Assembly (NCBI GenBank): GCA_964467905.1
Contig: CAYXSY010000008.1
Coordinates: 22-64,021, forward strand
Reading direction: 5' to 3'
Source: an uncultured Planctomycetales bacterium
Lineage (GTDB): Bacteria > Omnitrophota > Gorgyraeia > Gygaellales > Profunditerraquicolaceae
DNA length: 64,000 nt
Part shown: positions 55,213 through 63,443 of the stretch, piece after piece
How positions within the stretch are numbered: the first letter of the stretch is position 1
Layout of the letters: every line of letters begins with the position of its first letter
Position numbers and translations under genes: made by a program
Notes under the pieces: generated by a model
The model's input: only the letters and a program-made list of their open reading frames with translations
Databases searched by the model: none
What the model was told of the DNA's origin: nothing

Positions 55213-56195
55213 TTACGGGAGCGGCCGGTTTCATCGGAAGTGCTTTCGTGAAGAAAATCATCTGCGATAGGGATATAAATTCCAAGATTGTTGTTTTGGA
55301 TAAGCTTACCTATGCTGCGGATCTGAAGCGTCTTGATGAAGTCAGGGGCGGTTTCAAGTTTTATAGATGCGATAGCTGCGATCAAAGGCGTGTCAGGGAT
55401 ATATTTAAGCAGGAGAAGCCGGATAAAGTGGTTAATTTTGCCGCTGAGACTCATGTTGATAGAAGTATATTAGGTAGCGATGAGTTTCTACGTACCAATG
55501 TGCTCGGTACGCAGGTAGTTTTGGATGCTTCCAGAGAGTGTGGGGTGAGTAAATTTGTGCATATTTCCACAGATGAGGTATATGGTGATATTATAAGAGG
55601 TAAATTTAGCGAAAAATCACTGATGAACCCGAGTTCGCCGTATTCGGCAAGTAAAGCCAGCGCCGATTTACTGATTAAATCTTTTATCAGGACATATGAT
55701 ATGCCGGCTGTGATTGTCCGACCGTCTAACAATTACGGGCCTTGGCAGTATCCGGAGAAGTTAATTCCGGTTATTATCTATAAAGCGCTTAAGGGCAAAA
55801 AAGTACCGGTATACGCTAAAGGGCTAAATGTTAGGGAATGGCTTCATGTTCAAGATTGCGCCGCTGCTATCATTAAAGTATTAGAAAAAGGAAAGAAGGG
55901 GGAAGTTTATAATGTCGGCTCGGGAGTTGAGAAAAAGAATATAGATGTAGTCAGGAATATTCTTGATATTTTGGGCCTGCCGCATAGTTTAATCGATTTT
56001 GTCAGAGACCGGCCCGGGCACGATTTTAGATATAGCTTAGATTCTTCTAAGATAAGAAAAGAAACAGGCTGGAAGCCGGAAGTTGATTTTGACCGCGGAC
56101 TTAGGGATACGGTTTGTTGGTATAAGAATCATATTTCTTGGCTTGAGGCAAAGACCAGTTACCTTAAAGATTACTGGAGCAGGGTGTATAAGTAA
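55185..56195 (+). CDS. rfbB: dTDP-glucose 4,6-dehydratase
   Basis: [32 protein letters not shown]. Confidence 0.9.
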   Translation: MRKRIPKILVTGAAGFIGSAFVKKIICDRDINSKIVVLDKLTYAADLKRLDEVRGGFKFYRCDSCDQRRVRDIFKQEKPDKVVNFAAETHVDRSILGSDEFLRTNVLGTQVVLDASRECGVSKFVHISTDEVYGDIIRGKFSEKSLMNPSSPYSASKASADLLIKSFIRTYDMPAVIVRPSNNYGPWQYPEKLIPVIIYKALKGKKVPVYAKGLNVREWLHVQDCAAAIIKVLEKGKKGEVYNVGSGVEKKNIDVVRNILDILGLPHSLIDFVRDRPGHDFRYSLDSSKIRKETGWKPEVDFDRGLRDTVCWYKNHISWLEAKTSYLKDYWSRVYK

Positions 56196-56226
56196 CTTAT
56201 TTCTTAAGAATTACAGATTTTATGTT

Positions 56227-56263
56227 AAGCCGTAGCTAAAAATAAAGCTACGGCTTATTTTTT
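56227..56263 (+). terminator. Rho-independent terminator ending the polysaccharide locus
   Basis: AAGCCGTAGCT-aaaaataa-AGCTACGGCTT followed by ATTTTTT. Confidence 0.75.
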
Positions 56264-56273
56264 GAAAAAATAC

Positions 56274-56303
56274 TTGACAATATATATTCATCATGCATAT
56301 AAT
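56274..56303 (+). promoter_or_regulatory. Candidate sigma70 promoter of the efflux operon with overlapping imperfect palindromes
   Basis: TTGACA (56274-56279), 18-nt spacer, TATAAT (56298-56303). ATTCAT...ATGAAT and GCATA..TATGC inverted repeats span the -10 and downstream region. Confidence 0.45.
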
Positions 56304-56356
56304 ATTATGCTTAAAGAATATGAATATATGTATTTAGCATACATTATCAGGCAAAT

Positions 56357-57958
56357 ATGATTAAGCTAAGTAAAAATACCGTTAAACTCCTCAATCTGTT
56401 CTATAACCATCCCGACGATTCTTTCTATATCCAGCAGATAGGCAGAATCCTCAAGAAGAAACCGGGCGTATTTCAGCGGGCTTTATACAGCATGGAGAAG
56501 CAGGGTGTGCTAAAAAGCGAATTCAAAGCCAACGCCAGGTTTTTTACTATTAATAAAAATTACCCTATATATAACGAATTAAAAAGCATTATTCATAAGA
56601 AAGGCCTGTCTTTAATTGTATTCTTGCCGTTTTTTATTTTACTGGCAGCGGGTTTGGGTTTTTCTCAAGAGAAAAGCCCGGAGATGTTAGTAGTCAAATC
56701 TCTTAAAGATGCGGTAAGTATAGCTTTTAAGAATAATAAGGATATCAGAATTCAGGAGCAGGAATTAAAAGTTTCCAAGGCTAATATTATGGGCGCGCGC
56801 AGCGCTTTTTTGCCCAAACTTGACCTAAACTCCGGTTATCAGCGTAACGGGGCGGTCCCGCAGGTTAACCTGCCGGGGGCAAAGAGGGATTACGGAGTAT
56901 TTGCCGGATATAAAAACGATATGACAGCAGGAGTATCGGTTACCGATAATGTTTATGACGGAGGAGCAAGCGTTACTGCTTTTAAGCAATCAAAGCTTCT
57001 ATTTACCGAGCAGGAACAAACATTAAGGGCAACAAAACTTAACGTCGAGTTTGAGGCAAAGCGTCTTTATTACGGGCTTCTGCTTGCTTATGAAACAAAA
57101 CGCATTGCGCAGGATTTAGTTGATCAGGCGCAGGCCCATTACGAAAAAACCAAGCAGCAATTCCAGCAGGGTACGGTTTCGCGTTTTGATGTGCTGCAGT
57201 CTAAAGTGCAGGTGTCATTGCTTATGCCACAGCTTGTCAGTGCGGATAATGCCATAGAGCTTATTAAGGCAGAGTTGAATAAATTACTCGGTTTGAATGT
57301 ATTAGAAGATATTATTGTAGAGGATAAATTAAGCTACGCGCCGATAGAAATTAAAGAAGGCGAATTCCTGAAGCAGTCTTATTTAAATAAACCGGAAATG
57401 ATTTTGCAATCAATAGGCGTGGACGTAAGTAAGCTGGTGATAAGATTCGCTAAATCAGGATGGTTCCCGCAGATTAATGCGAGCGCAGATTATTTCTATA
57501 GGTCAAACAGTACAGGCGACTTCTTTAATGCAAAACATAATAACTGGAGCGCGGGTATTTCGGTCAGCTTGCCTATCTTTGATGGTTTTGCTACTAAAGC
57601 CAAAGTTGATGCGGCTAAGGCAAAATATACCCAGAGTCTTTTGAGCAAGGATAATGTTCAGGATCAGATTACGGTTGATGTCAGAAGCGCATGCCTTGAT
57701 ATGGGCAAAGCACAGAGTATTATCTCTTCACAGGAAGATAATTTAGAAGACGCAAAAGAGGCTTTGCGTATTTCAGAGGTGCGTTTTGATAATGGAGTAG
57801 GTATCAACCTTGATGTGTTGGATGCGCAGGTATCTCTAGCGCAGGTAGAGCAGAATATTGCAAACGGAATTTATGATTATTTATTAGCTCAAGCTCAATT
57901 AGAGAGGAATATGGGCATTGATGTCTTAGGGGAGGGACAATATGTTAAAAAAGAATAA
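56357..57958 (+). CDS. TolC-family outer-membrane efflux protein with in-frame N-terminal wHTH domain
   Basis: Residues about 1-83 form a winged-HTH (LLNLFYNHPDDSFYIQQIGRILKKKPGVFQRALYSMEKQGVLKS...YNELKSIIHKKG). Next comes a signal-like LSLIVFLPFFILLAAGLGFSQE, then duplicated TolC repeats. Confidence 0.7.
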   Translation: MIKLSKNTVKLLNLFYNHPDDSFYIQQIGRILKKKPGVFQRALYSMEKQGVLKSEFKANARFFTINKNYPIYNELKSIIHKKGLSLIVFLPFFILLAAGLGFSQEKSPEMLVVKSLKDAVSIAFKNNKDIRIQEQELKVSKANIMGARSAFLPKLDLNSGYQRNGAVPQVNLPGAKRDYGVFAGYKNDMTAGVSVTDNVYDGGASVTAFKQSKLLFTEQEQTLRATKLNVEFEAKRLYYGLLLAYETKRIAQDLVDQAQAHYEKTKQQFQQGTVSRFDVLQSKVQVSLLMPQLVSADNAIELIKAELNKLLGLNVLEDIIVEDKLSYAPIEIKEGEFLKQSYLNKPEMILQSIGVDVSKLVIRFAKSGWFPQINASADYFYRSNSTGDFFNAKHNNWSAGISVSLPIFDGFATKAKVDAAKAKYTQSLLSKDNVQDQITVDVRSACLDMGKAQSIISSQEDNLEDAKEALRISEVRFDNGVGINLDVLDAQVSLAQVEQNIANGIYDYLLAQAQLERNMGIDVLGEGQYVKKE

Positions 57959-58787
57959 GAAATTAAGAATTATTTTAGTCTTTATTTTAATAGGTGCATT
58001 AGGCTACACTGCTTTTAATCTTTTTATGCGTTACAGGAGGGATCATCAGAAAGAGATTAAAGTATCTGGCAATATGGAGGGCGATGAGGTGCGTATATCT
58101 TTCAGGATTGACGGCCAAATTGCCGAACTCCTAAGTGATGAGGGCGTAGTCCTAAGGACGGGGGATACTGTAGCCCGTCTTAATACGGATGAGCTGATTA
58201 GATTAAAAGATGAGGCACAGGCTGCTTTGAAACTTGCCGAGTATCAGTATAAACTTGATTACGATGATTATCTGCGCGCTGAAAATCTCTATGAGGCCGG
58301 AGCAATTTCTGCCCAACAGAGAGACGCAGCAAAAACAAAAGCAGATACAGATAAGGCCAATATAGACCAGCTGCGCGCATCTTATGATTTGACCGTAACA
58401 AAATTAGGATGGGCAAATTTAGCTTCTCCTTTGAACGGTTTTGTAACTATTAAAAGTGCGCTGCAGGGTGAGGTTGTAAAGGCAGGAGCCCCGGTGTTTA
58501 CCGTTATTGATTTAAATAATCTTTGGGTTACCGCTTATATTAATGAGACCGATTTAGGCAGGGTAAAACTTAATCAGAAAGCATATGTAGAGACGGATAG
58601 CTATCCCGGGAAGAAATATAACGGCTGGGTTTCGTTTATTTCAAGCCAGGCAGAATTTACCCCTAAATATATTCAGACAACAGAGGAACGCGTTAAATAT
58701 GTTTACAGAATCAAGGTAAGAGTAGATAATTCAAGCCTTGACCTTAAACCCGGAATGCCCGCAGACGCATATATTCAAATACAATGA
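57942..58787 (+). CDS. HlyD-family membrane fusion protein (YbhG-like)
   Basis: N-terminal TM, coiled-coil, C-terminal beta-barrel ...LKPGMPADAYI. Confidence 0.8.
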   Translation: MLKKNKKLRIILVFILIGALGYTAFNLFMRYRRDHQKEIKVSGNMEGDEVRISFRIDGQIAELLSDEGVVLRTGDTVARLNTDELIRLKDEAQAALKLAEYQYKLDYDDYLRAENLYEAGAISAQQRDAAKTKADTDKANIDQLRASYDLTVTKLGWANLASPLNGFVTIKSALQGEVVKAGAPVFTVIDLNNLWVTAYINETDLGRVKLNQKAYVETDSYPGKKYNGWVSFISSQAEFTPKYIQTTEERVKYVYRIKVRVDNSSLDLKPGMPADAYIQIQ

Positions 58788-59515
58788 TAACTATAAAAGC
58801 ATCCGGTCTTACCCGCAAATTCGGCGAACTTACCGCGGTAAATAACTTAAGCTTTGAGGTGGAAGAGGGCGAGATTTTTGGCCTGGTTGGCCCTGACGGC
58901 GCAGGCAAGACTACGACCATGCGGCTGCTGACCGGCATACTTGAGCCTACTGGAGGCGAAGGCTGGGTTTATGATAAGCACATTGTTAAAGAGTCTGAAG
59001 TCCTTAAGGATAACATCGCTTATATGTCGCAGCGTTTCGGGCTTTATGAAGAATTAACCGTAATTGAAAATATAAATTTCTATGCCGATGTTTTCTGCGT
59101 TCCGAAAGATAATCGGGATGCGACTATAGATAAATTGCTTGGTTTTTCCGGGTTAATCCCTTTTAAAAAAAGATTTGCCGGTAAGTTATCTGGAGGAATG
59201 AAGCAAAAGTTAGGCCTTTCCTGCGCGTTAATACATACCCCGAAAGTATTATTTTTAGATGAGCCGACAAACGGAGTGGATCCGGTTTCCCGCCGCGACT
59301 TCTGGAAAATTCTCTATGATTTATTAAAAGAGAAAGTAACCATACTTTATTCAACCTCCTATCTTGACGAAGCAGAACGTTGCCGCAGGGTCGGCCTTAT
59401 TCATAAAGGGAGCATGTTGAAATGCGATACCCCTGATGCGATTAAGAAGGCGTGCGGGACAAAGACACTGGAAGAAGCGTTTATTAAGACGATAAAAGAA
59501 TATGACAAATCCTGA
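58784..59515 (+). CDS. ABC transporter ATP-binding protein (YbhF N-half-like)
   Basis: GPDGAGKTT, LSGGMKQKL, LFLDEPT. Confidence 0.9.
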   Translation: MITIKASGLTRKFGELTAVNNLSFEVEEGEIFGLVGPDGAGKTTTMRLLTGILEPTGGEGWVYDKHIVKESEVLKDNIAYMSQRFGLYEELTVIENINFYADVFCVPKDNRDATIDKLLGFSGLIPFKKRFAGKLSGGMKQKLGLSCALIHTPKVLFLDEPTNGVDPVSRRDFWKILYDLLKEKVTILYSTSYLDEAERCRRVGLIHKGSMLKCDTPDAIKKACGTKTLEEAFIKTIKEYDKS

Positions 59516-60461
59516 GTCTGATATTGCCGTTAGTGTTAATAACCTCGAAAAAAGATTTGGTGATTTTATTGCCGTAAATAAGATTAATTTCGAGGTTAAA
59601 AAGGGCGAGATTTTCGGTTTTCTCGGGCCCAATGGCGCGGGAAAGTCTACTACTATCAGGATGCTCTGTGGAATCTATACGCCTACTTCCGGCAGCGGGC
59701 AAGTCGGTAGTTTCGATATTATAAAAGAACAGGATAAGATTAAGCAGAATATAGGATATATGTCGCAGAAATTCTCGCTTTATGATGATCTTACCGTTGA
59801 AGAAAACATAGATTTTTACAGTCGTATCTATAACATACCTAAAGACAAAAGAGATGAGCGTAAAGAGGAAACTGTAAGGTTAGCCGGCATAGAAGATTTT
59901 CGTAACTCTCTTACCAGTACCCTTTCAGGCGGCTGGAAGCAGCGCCTGGCGTTAGGTTGCGCTATAATACACCAGCCGAATATCATTTTTTTGGATGAGC
60001 CGACTTCAGGGGTCGACCCTATAACCCGCAGCAATTTCTGGGCAATTATTAAAGAGATGGCAGATAAGGGCAAGACAATTTTTGTTACTACTCATTATAT
60101 GGATGAGGCTGAAAATTGTAACCGCATGGTCCTTATATATCACGGGACAATGATTGCTATGGGCACTCCGCTTGAGATGAAAACAACAATTATGAAAAAT
60201 GATATATTAGAGATTATTATGCCGCATGCCGAGCGTTGGACCGACAAGATTTCTAAATTAGAGTCCGTAAAAGATACCGCTTTATTCGGAGTTAATATCC
60301 ATGCCGTAGTATATCAGGCAGACAAAGCGGCGCTTGAAATAAAGAATCTTTTAGATAAAGAAGGCGTATCCGGATATTCAATAAACAAGATTACGGCTTC
60401 CCTAGAGGATGTTTTTGTCTCCCTGATAGAAAACTATGACCAGGAGCACGGAGGTAAATAG
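59502..60461 (+). CDS. ABC transporter ATP-binding protein (YbhF C-half-like)
   Basis: GPNGAGKST, LSGGWKQRL, IFLDEPT. Confidence 0.9.
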   Translation: MTNPESDIAVSVNNLEKRFGDFIAVNKINFEVKKGEIFGFLGPNGAGKSTTIRMLCGIYTPTSGSGQVGSFDIIKEQDKIKQNIGYMSQKFSLYDDLTVEENIDFYSRIYNIPKDKRDERKEETVRLAGIEDFRNSLTSTLSGGWKQRLALGCAIIHQPNIIFLDEPTSGVDPITRSNFWAIIKEMADKGKTIFVTTHYMDEAENCNRMVLIYHGTMIAMGTPLEMKTTIMKNDILEIIMPHAERWTDKISKLESVKDTALFGVNIHAVVYQADKAALEIKNLLDKEGVSGYSINKITASLEDVFVSLIENYDQEHGGK

Positions 60462-60473
60462 TTTATCGAGAAT

Positions 60474-61616
60474 ATGATGAGATTAAATTTAAAAAGAATT
60501 TTGGCGATAGCCAACAAAGAGTTTATCCAGATTAAGAGAGACCCCCGGTCTTTAGCTTTGGCTTTGGTTATACCCGTGCTTTTGTTGATAATTTTTGGTT
60601 ACGGGTTGTCTTTAGATATTGATCATGTCCCCATGGTAGTATGGAATCAGGATGCTTCGTCGCAGCTTTCCCGCGACTTCTTACTTAATTTTAAAAACTC
60701 AAAATATTTTAGGATAGTCGGCTATACCGATAATTATCGCGATATAGTAAATATGATTGACCGAGGCAAGGTAATGATGGCTATCATTATCCCCAAAGAT
60801 TTTTCTCGCTATATAGAGTCAAATACTGCTGCTCCTTTACAGCTTTTAGTCGACGGCAGCGATTCCAATACCGCTACAATAGCTATGGGATATGTGCGTT
60901 CCGTTGTCTCGCGATATAACGTGGATTTAATAACTCAGGCCCTCTCAGCCCACGGTATCAAGCCCTTGAAATCGGTAAATGCCAGCCCGAGGATTTGGTT
61001 TAATATGGGCCTGACAAGCAGGTGGTTTATAATCCCCGGAGTTATCGCTATGATTATCATGATTATCGCTGCCCTGCTTACTTCAATTACTGTGGCGAGG
61101 GAATGGGAAAGAGGGACTATGGAGCAGTTGATTTCCACTCCTGTTAAAGCCCCAGAATTAATTATAGGAAAATTTATCCCGTATTTTACAATCGGTTTTT
61201 TTGATCTTATCGTAGGGGTTCTTATGGCCAGGCTGCTTTTTGAGGTTCCTTTTCGGGGGAGCTATTTGCTTTTAGCTGTTTTAAGCGTATTATTTCTGAC
61301 CGGAGCTTTGTCTCAAGGGATATTAATCTCCACTGTTGCCAGGACGCAATTGTTAGCGAGCCAGCTGGCGATGTTAACCACATTTATCCCGACCATGCTT
61401 TTATCGGGCTTTATCTACCCGATTTTTAATATGCCTCCTGTTTTACAGGTAATTACCTATGCAATACCTGCGCGTTATTATATTGTTATATTAAGAGATT
61501 CATTCTTAAAAGGCGGCGGCATCCAGGTTATGTGGGACGAAACTCTGTTTTTATTGTTATTTGCTATTGTAATGTTGAGTTTCGCTATCAGAAAATTCAA
61601 GAAAAAAGTAGCGTGA
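60474..61616 (+). CDS. ABC-2 type permease (YbhS/YbhR-like)
   Basis: N-terminal TM, large periplasmic loop, REWERGTMEQLISTP, 5 C-terminal TMs. Confidence 0.85.
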   Translation: MMRLNLKRILAIANKEFIQIKRDPRSLALALVIPVLLLIIFGYGLSLDIDHVPMVVWNQDASSQLSRDFLLNFKNSKYFRIVGYTDNYRDIVNMIDRGKVMMAIIIPKDFSRYIESNTAAPLQLLVDGSDSNTATIAMGYVRSVVSRYNVDLITQALSAHGIKPLKSVNASPRIWFNMGLTSRWFIIPGVIAMIIMIIAALLTSITVAREWERGTMEQLISTPVKAPELIIGKFIPYFTIGFFDLIVGVLMARLLFEVPFRGSYLLLAVLSVLFLTGALSQGILISTVARTQLLASQLAMLTTFIPTMLLSGFIYPIFNMPPVLQVITYAIPARYYIVILRDSFLKGGGIQVMWDETLFLLLFAIVMLSFAIRKFKKKVA

Positions 61617-61623
61617 GGATTAT

Positions 61624-62751
61624 ATGTTTGAGAGAGCAAAGGCGGTTTTAATAAAAGAATTCAAACAGGTGCTGCGTGATCCGAGGATGAAGTCCATTAT
61701 TTTTATATCTCCTATCCTGCAGATTATTCTCTTTGGGTATGCTGCCAATAAGGATATTAATTATATACCTACTGCTATTTATGATCAGGATAATACAAGC
61801 CAGAGCCGTGAGTTTATCCGGGAGTTTATATATTCTAAATATTTTATTCCCAAGTATTATATCAGCAGCGGTAAAGAGCAGAATCTTGTCCTTGATAAAG
61901 GGTTGGCTAGCATGGTGCTGCGTATTGACCGCGGATACGGACGTAATTTAGAGGCGGGGAAAGAGGCAGATGTTCAGCTTGCGTATGATGGTTCGGATTC
62001 AAATACAGCCATGATTATCATGGGGTATGCAAATACCATCACCAGTACTTATCAATATGTTTTGCTAAAAAAACAATTAGCCGCAAGCGGAAAAATAACA
62101 ACTTTCCCCAGTGTTGATTTAAGGGAGCGGGCATGGTTTAATGAAAATTTGGTATCGAGAAACTATTATTTGCCCGGAGTTATTGCATCCATCGTTACCA
62201 TGATGTCTCTTTTATTGACTTCTATGGCGATAGTGCGCGAAAAGGAAATCGGGACTATGGAACAGCTTATTGTCAGCCCCTTGAAGCCGCTTGAACTGAT
62301 TTTTGGCAAGCTTATTCCTTTCGGGGTAATTTCTATTATCCAGACTTCCCTTATTACTACTATCGGTGTTTTATGGTTTCACATACCTTTTAGGGGCAGT
62401 TTATTTTTGTTGCTTTTCGGGACAATGATATATTTATTTACCGCTTTGGGAGCTGGGCTGTTTATTTCAACTATAGCATCTACGCAGCAGGAGGCGATGA
62501 TGTCAGTATTCCTTTTCTATATGCCTGCGTTTCTGCTTTCCGGATTTGCATACCCTATAAATAACATGCCCCAAGTAATCCAGTACATCACTTATTTAAA
62601 TCCCATGCGTTATTACCTTGTTTTTATCAGAGGGGTATTTTTAAAAGGTATAGGCATAGGAATCCTTTGGGAACAATTGGCTGTGCTTTTGGTTATCGGT
62701 TTGGCGGTGATTACTTTAAGTTCGATGCGCTTCAGGAAGCATATCGGATAA
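61624..62751 (+). CDS. ABC-2 type permease (YbhS/YbhR-like)
   Basis: REKEIGTMEQLIVSP; same architecture as the preceding gene. Confidence 0.85.
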   Translation: MFERAKAVLIKEFKQVLRDPRMKSIIFISPILQIILFGYAANKDINYIPTAIYDQDNTSQSREFIREFIYSKYFIPKYYISSGKEQNLVLDKGLASMVLRIDRGYGRNLEAGKEADVQLAYDGSDSNTAMIIMGYANTITSTYQYVLLKKQLAASGKITTFPSVDLRERAWFNENLVSRNYYLPGVIASIVTMMSLLLTSMAIVREKEIGTMEQLIVSPLKPLELIFGKLIPFGVISIIQTSLITTIGVLWFHIPFRGSLFLLLFGTMIYLFTALGAGLFISTIASTQQEAMMSVFLFYMPAFLLSGFAYPINNMPQVIQYITYLNPMRYYLVFIRGVFLKGIGIGILWEQLAVLLVIGLAVITLSSMRFRKHIG

Positions 62752-62790
62752 TCATCCCGGCAGAACTATTTTAAATACAAGGAGTTGCCT

Positions 62791-63162
62791 ATGCGTAAGA
62801 TTTTGCTTATTATTGTATGTTCAGCTATTATTTGGCTTATTTTCTATGGGCCCGGATCGTTGATAAAGGTGTCAAGACAGGATATGATAAGAGTTGCTAC
62901 GGAGGCGCTGATAAAGCAGGGTATTGCCATAGGGGATGCTACAGTGGTATATGACGAAGGGAATAAGATTTGGCATGCCTGGGGTGAGGTTATAGCAAAG
63001 ATTCCTAATGATCCTAACCGCGGTAATTTACCGCAAGGCATATTAAAGAACAAAAGATACAGTACGGTATATTTTGACTTTAAGAAACAAAACAACAGGG
63101 ATATTTGGGTTTTTGTAGATCAGGGCACTAATACAGTTCTGGCTACATACGAAGTTAAATAA
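62791..63162 (+). CDS. Signal-anchored hypothetical protein
   Basis: ATG 62791 behind AAGGAG. MRKILLIIVCSAIIWLIFY anchor; no recognisable motif. Confidence 0.4.
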   Translation: MRKILLIIVCSAIIWLIFYGPGSLIKVSRQDMIRVATEALIKQGIAIGDATVVYDEGNKIWHAWGEVIAKIPNDPNRGNLPQGILKNKRYSTVYFDFKKQNNRDIWVFVDQGTNTVLATYEVK

Positions 63163-63302
63163 AATACTTTTGTATTTTAAGTATCGGGGCGTCCTTTAAA
63201 TGCGGGGCGCCTTTTCTGTTCGCCTCGGAGTGAATTGAGTTGAAAAATAACATGATAAGGAGTAAAATAATATAAATAATTGATAGCAATAAGGAGGGCA
63301 AT

Positions 63303-63425
63303 ATGAACGTTAAGGCAGTAGGAGAAAAGTATAGGTGTAGTGTATGTGGTAATGAGGTAGAGGTTACTAAGGTCGGTGGAGGCGAATTAGTGTGTTGTAA
63401 TAAGCCTATGGAAAAAATTGAATAA
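63303..63425 (+). CDS. Desulforedoxin (40 aa; not in ORF track)
   Basis: [51 protein letters not shown] carries the CxxC...CC desulforedoxin signature. Confidence 0.75.
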   Translation: MNVKAVGEKYRCSVCGNEVEVTKVGGGELVCCNKPMEKIE

Positions 63426-63443
63426 AACTAACGGAGGGCAACT

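Noticed and set aside
3471-61951. Alternative-frame + strand ORFs inside real genes (3471-3668, 4539-4754, 5435-5713, 16408-16623, 29493-29741, 45412-45615, 47039-47254, 61733-61951)
   Set aside because: Each is nested out of frame within a CDS that carries strong family signatures. They have no independent RBS and odd composition.
63183-63216. Possible terminator after the 62791-63162 gene (GGGGCG...GGGGCGCC TTTTCTGTT)
   Set aside because: I could only pair 4-5 bp convincingly and the T-run is interrupted. That is too weak to call.
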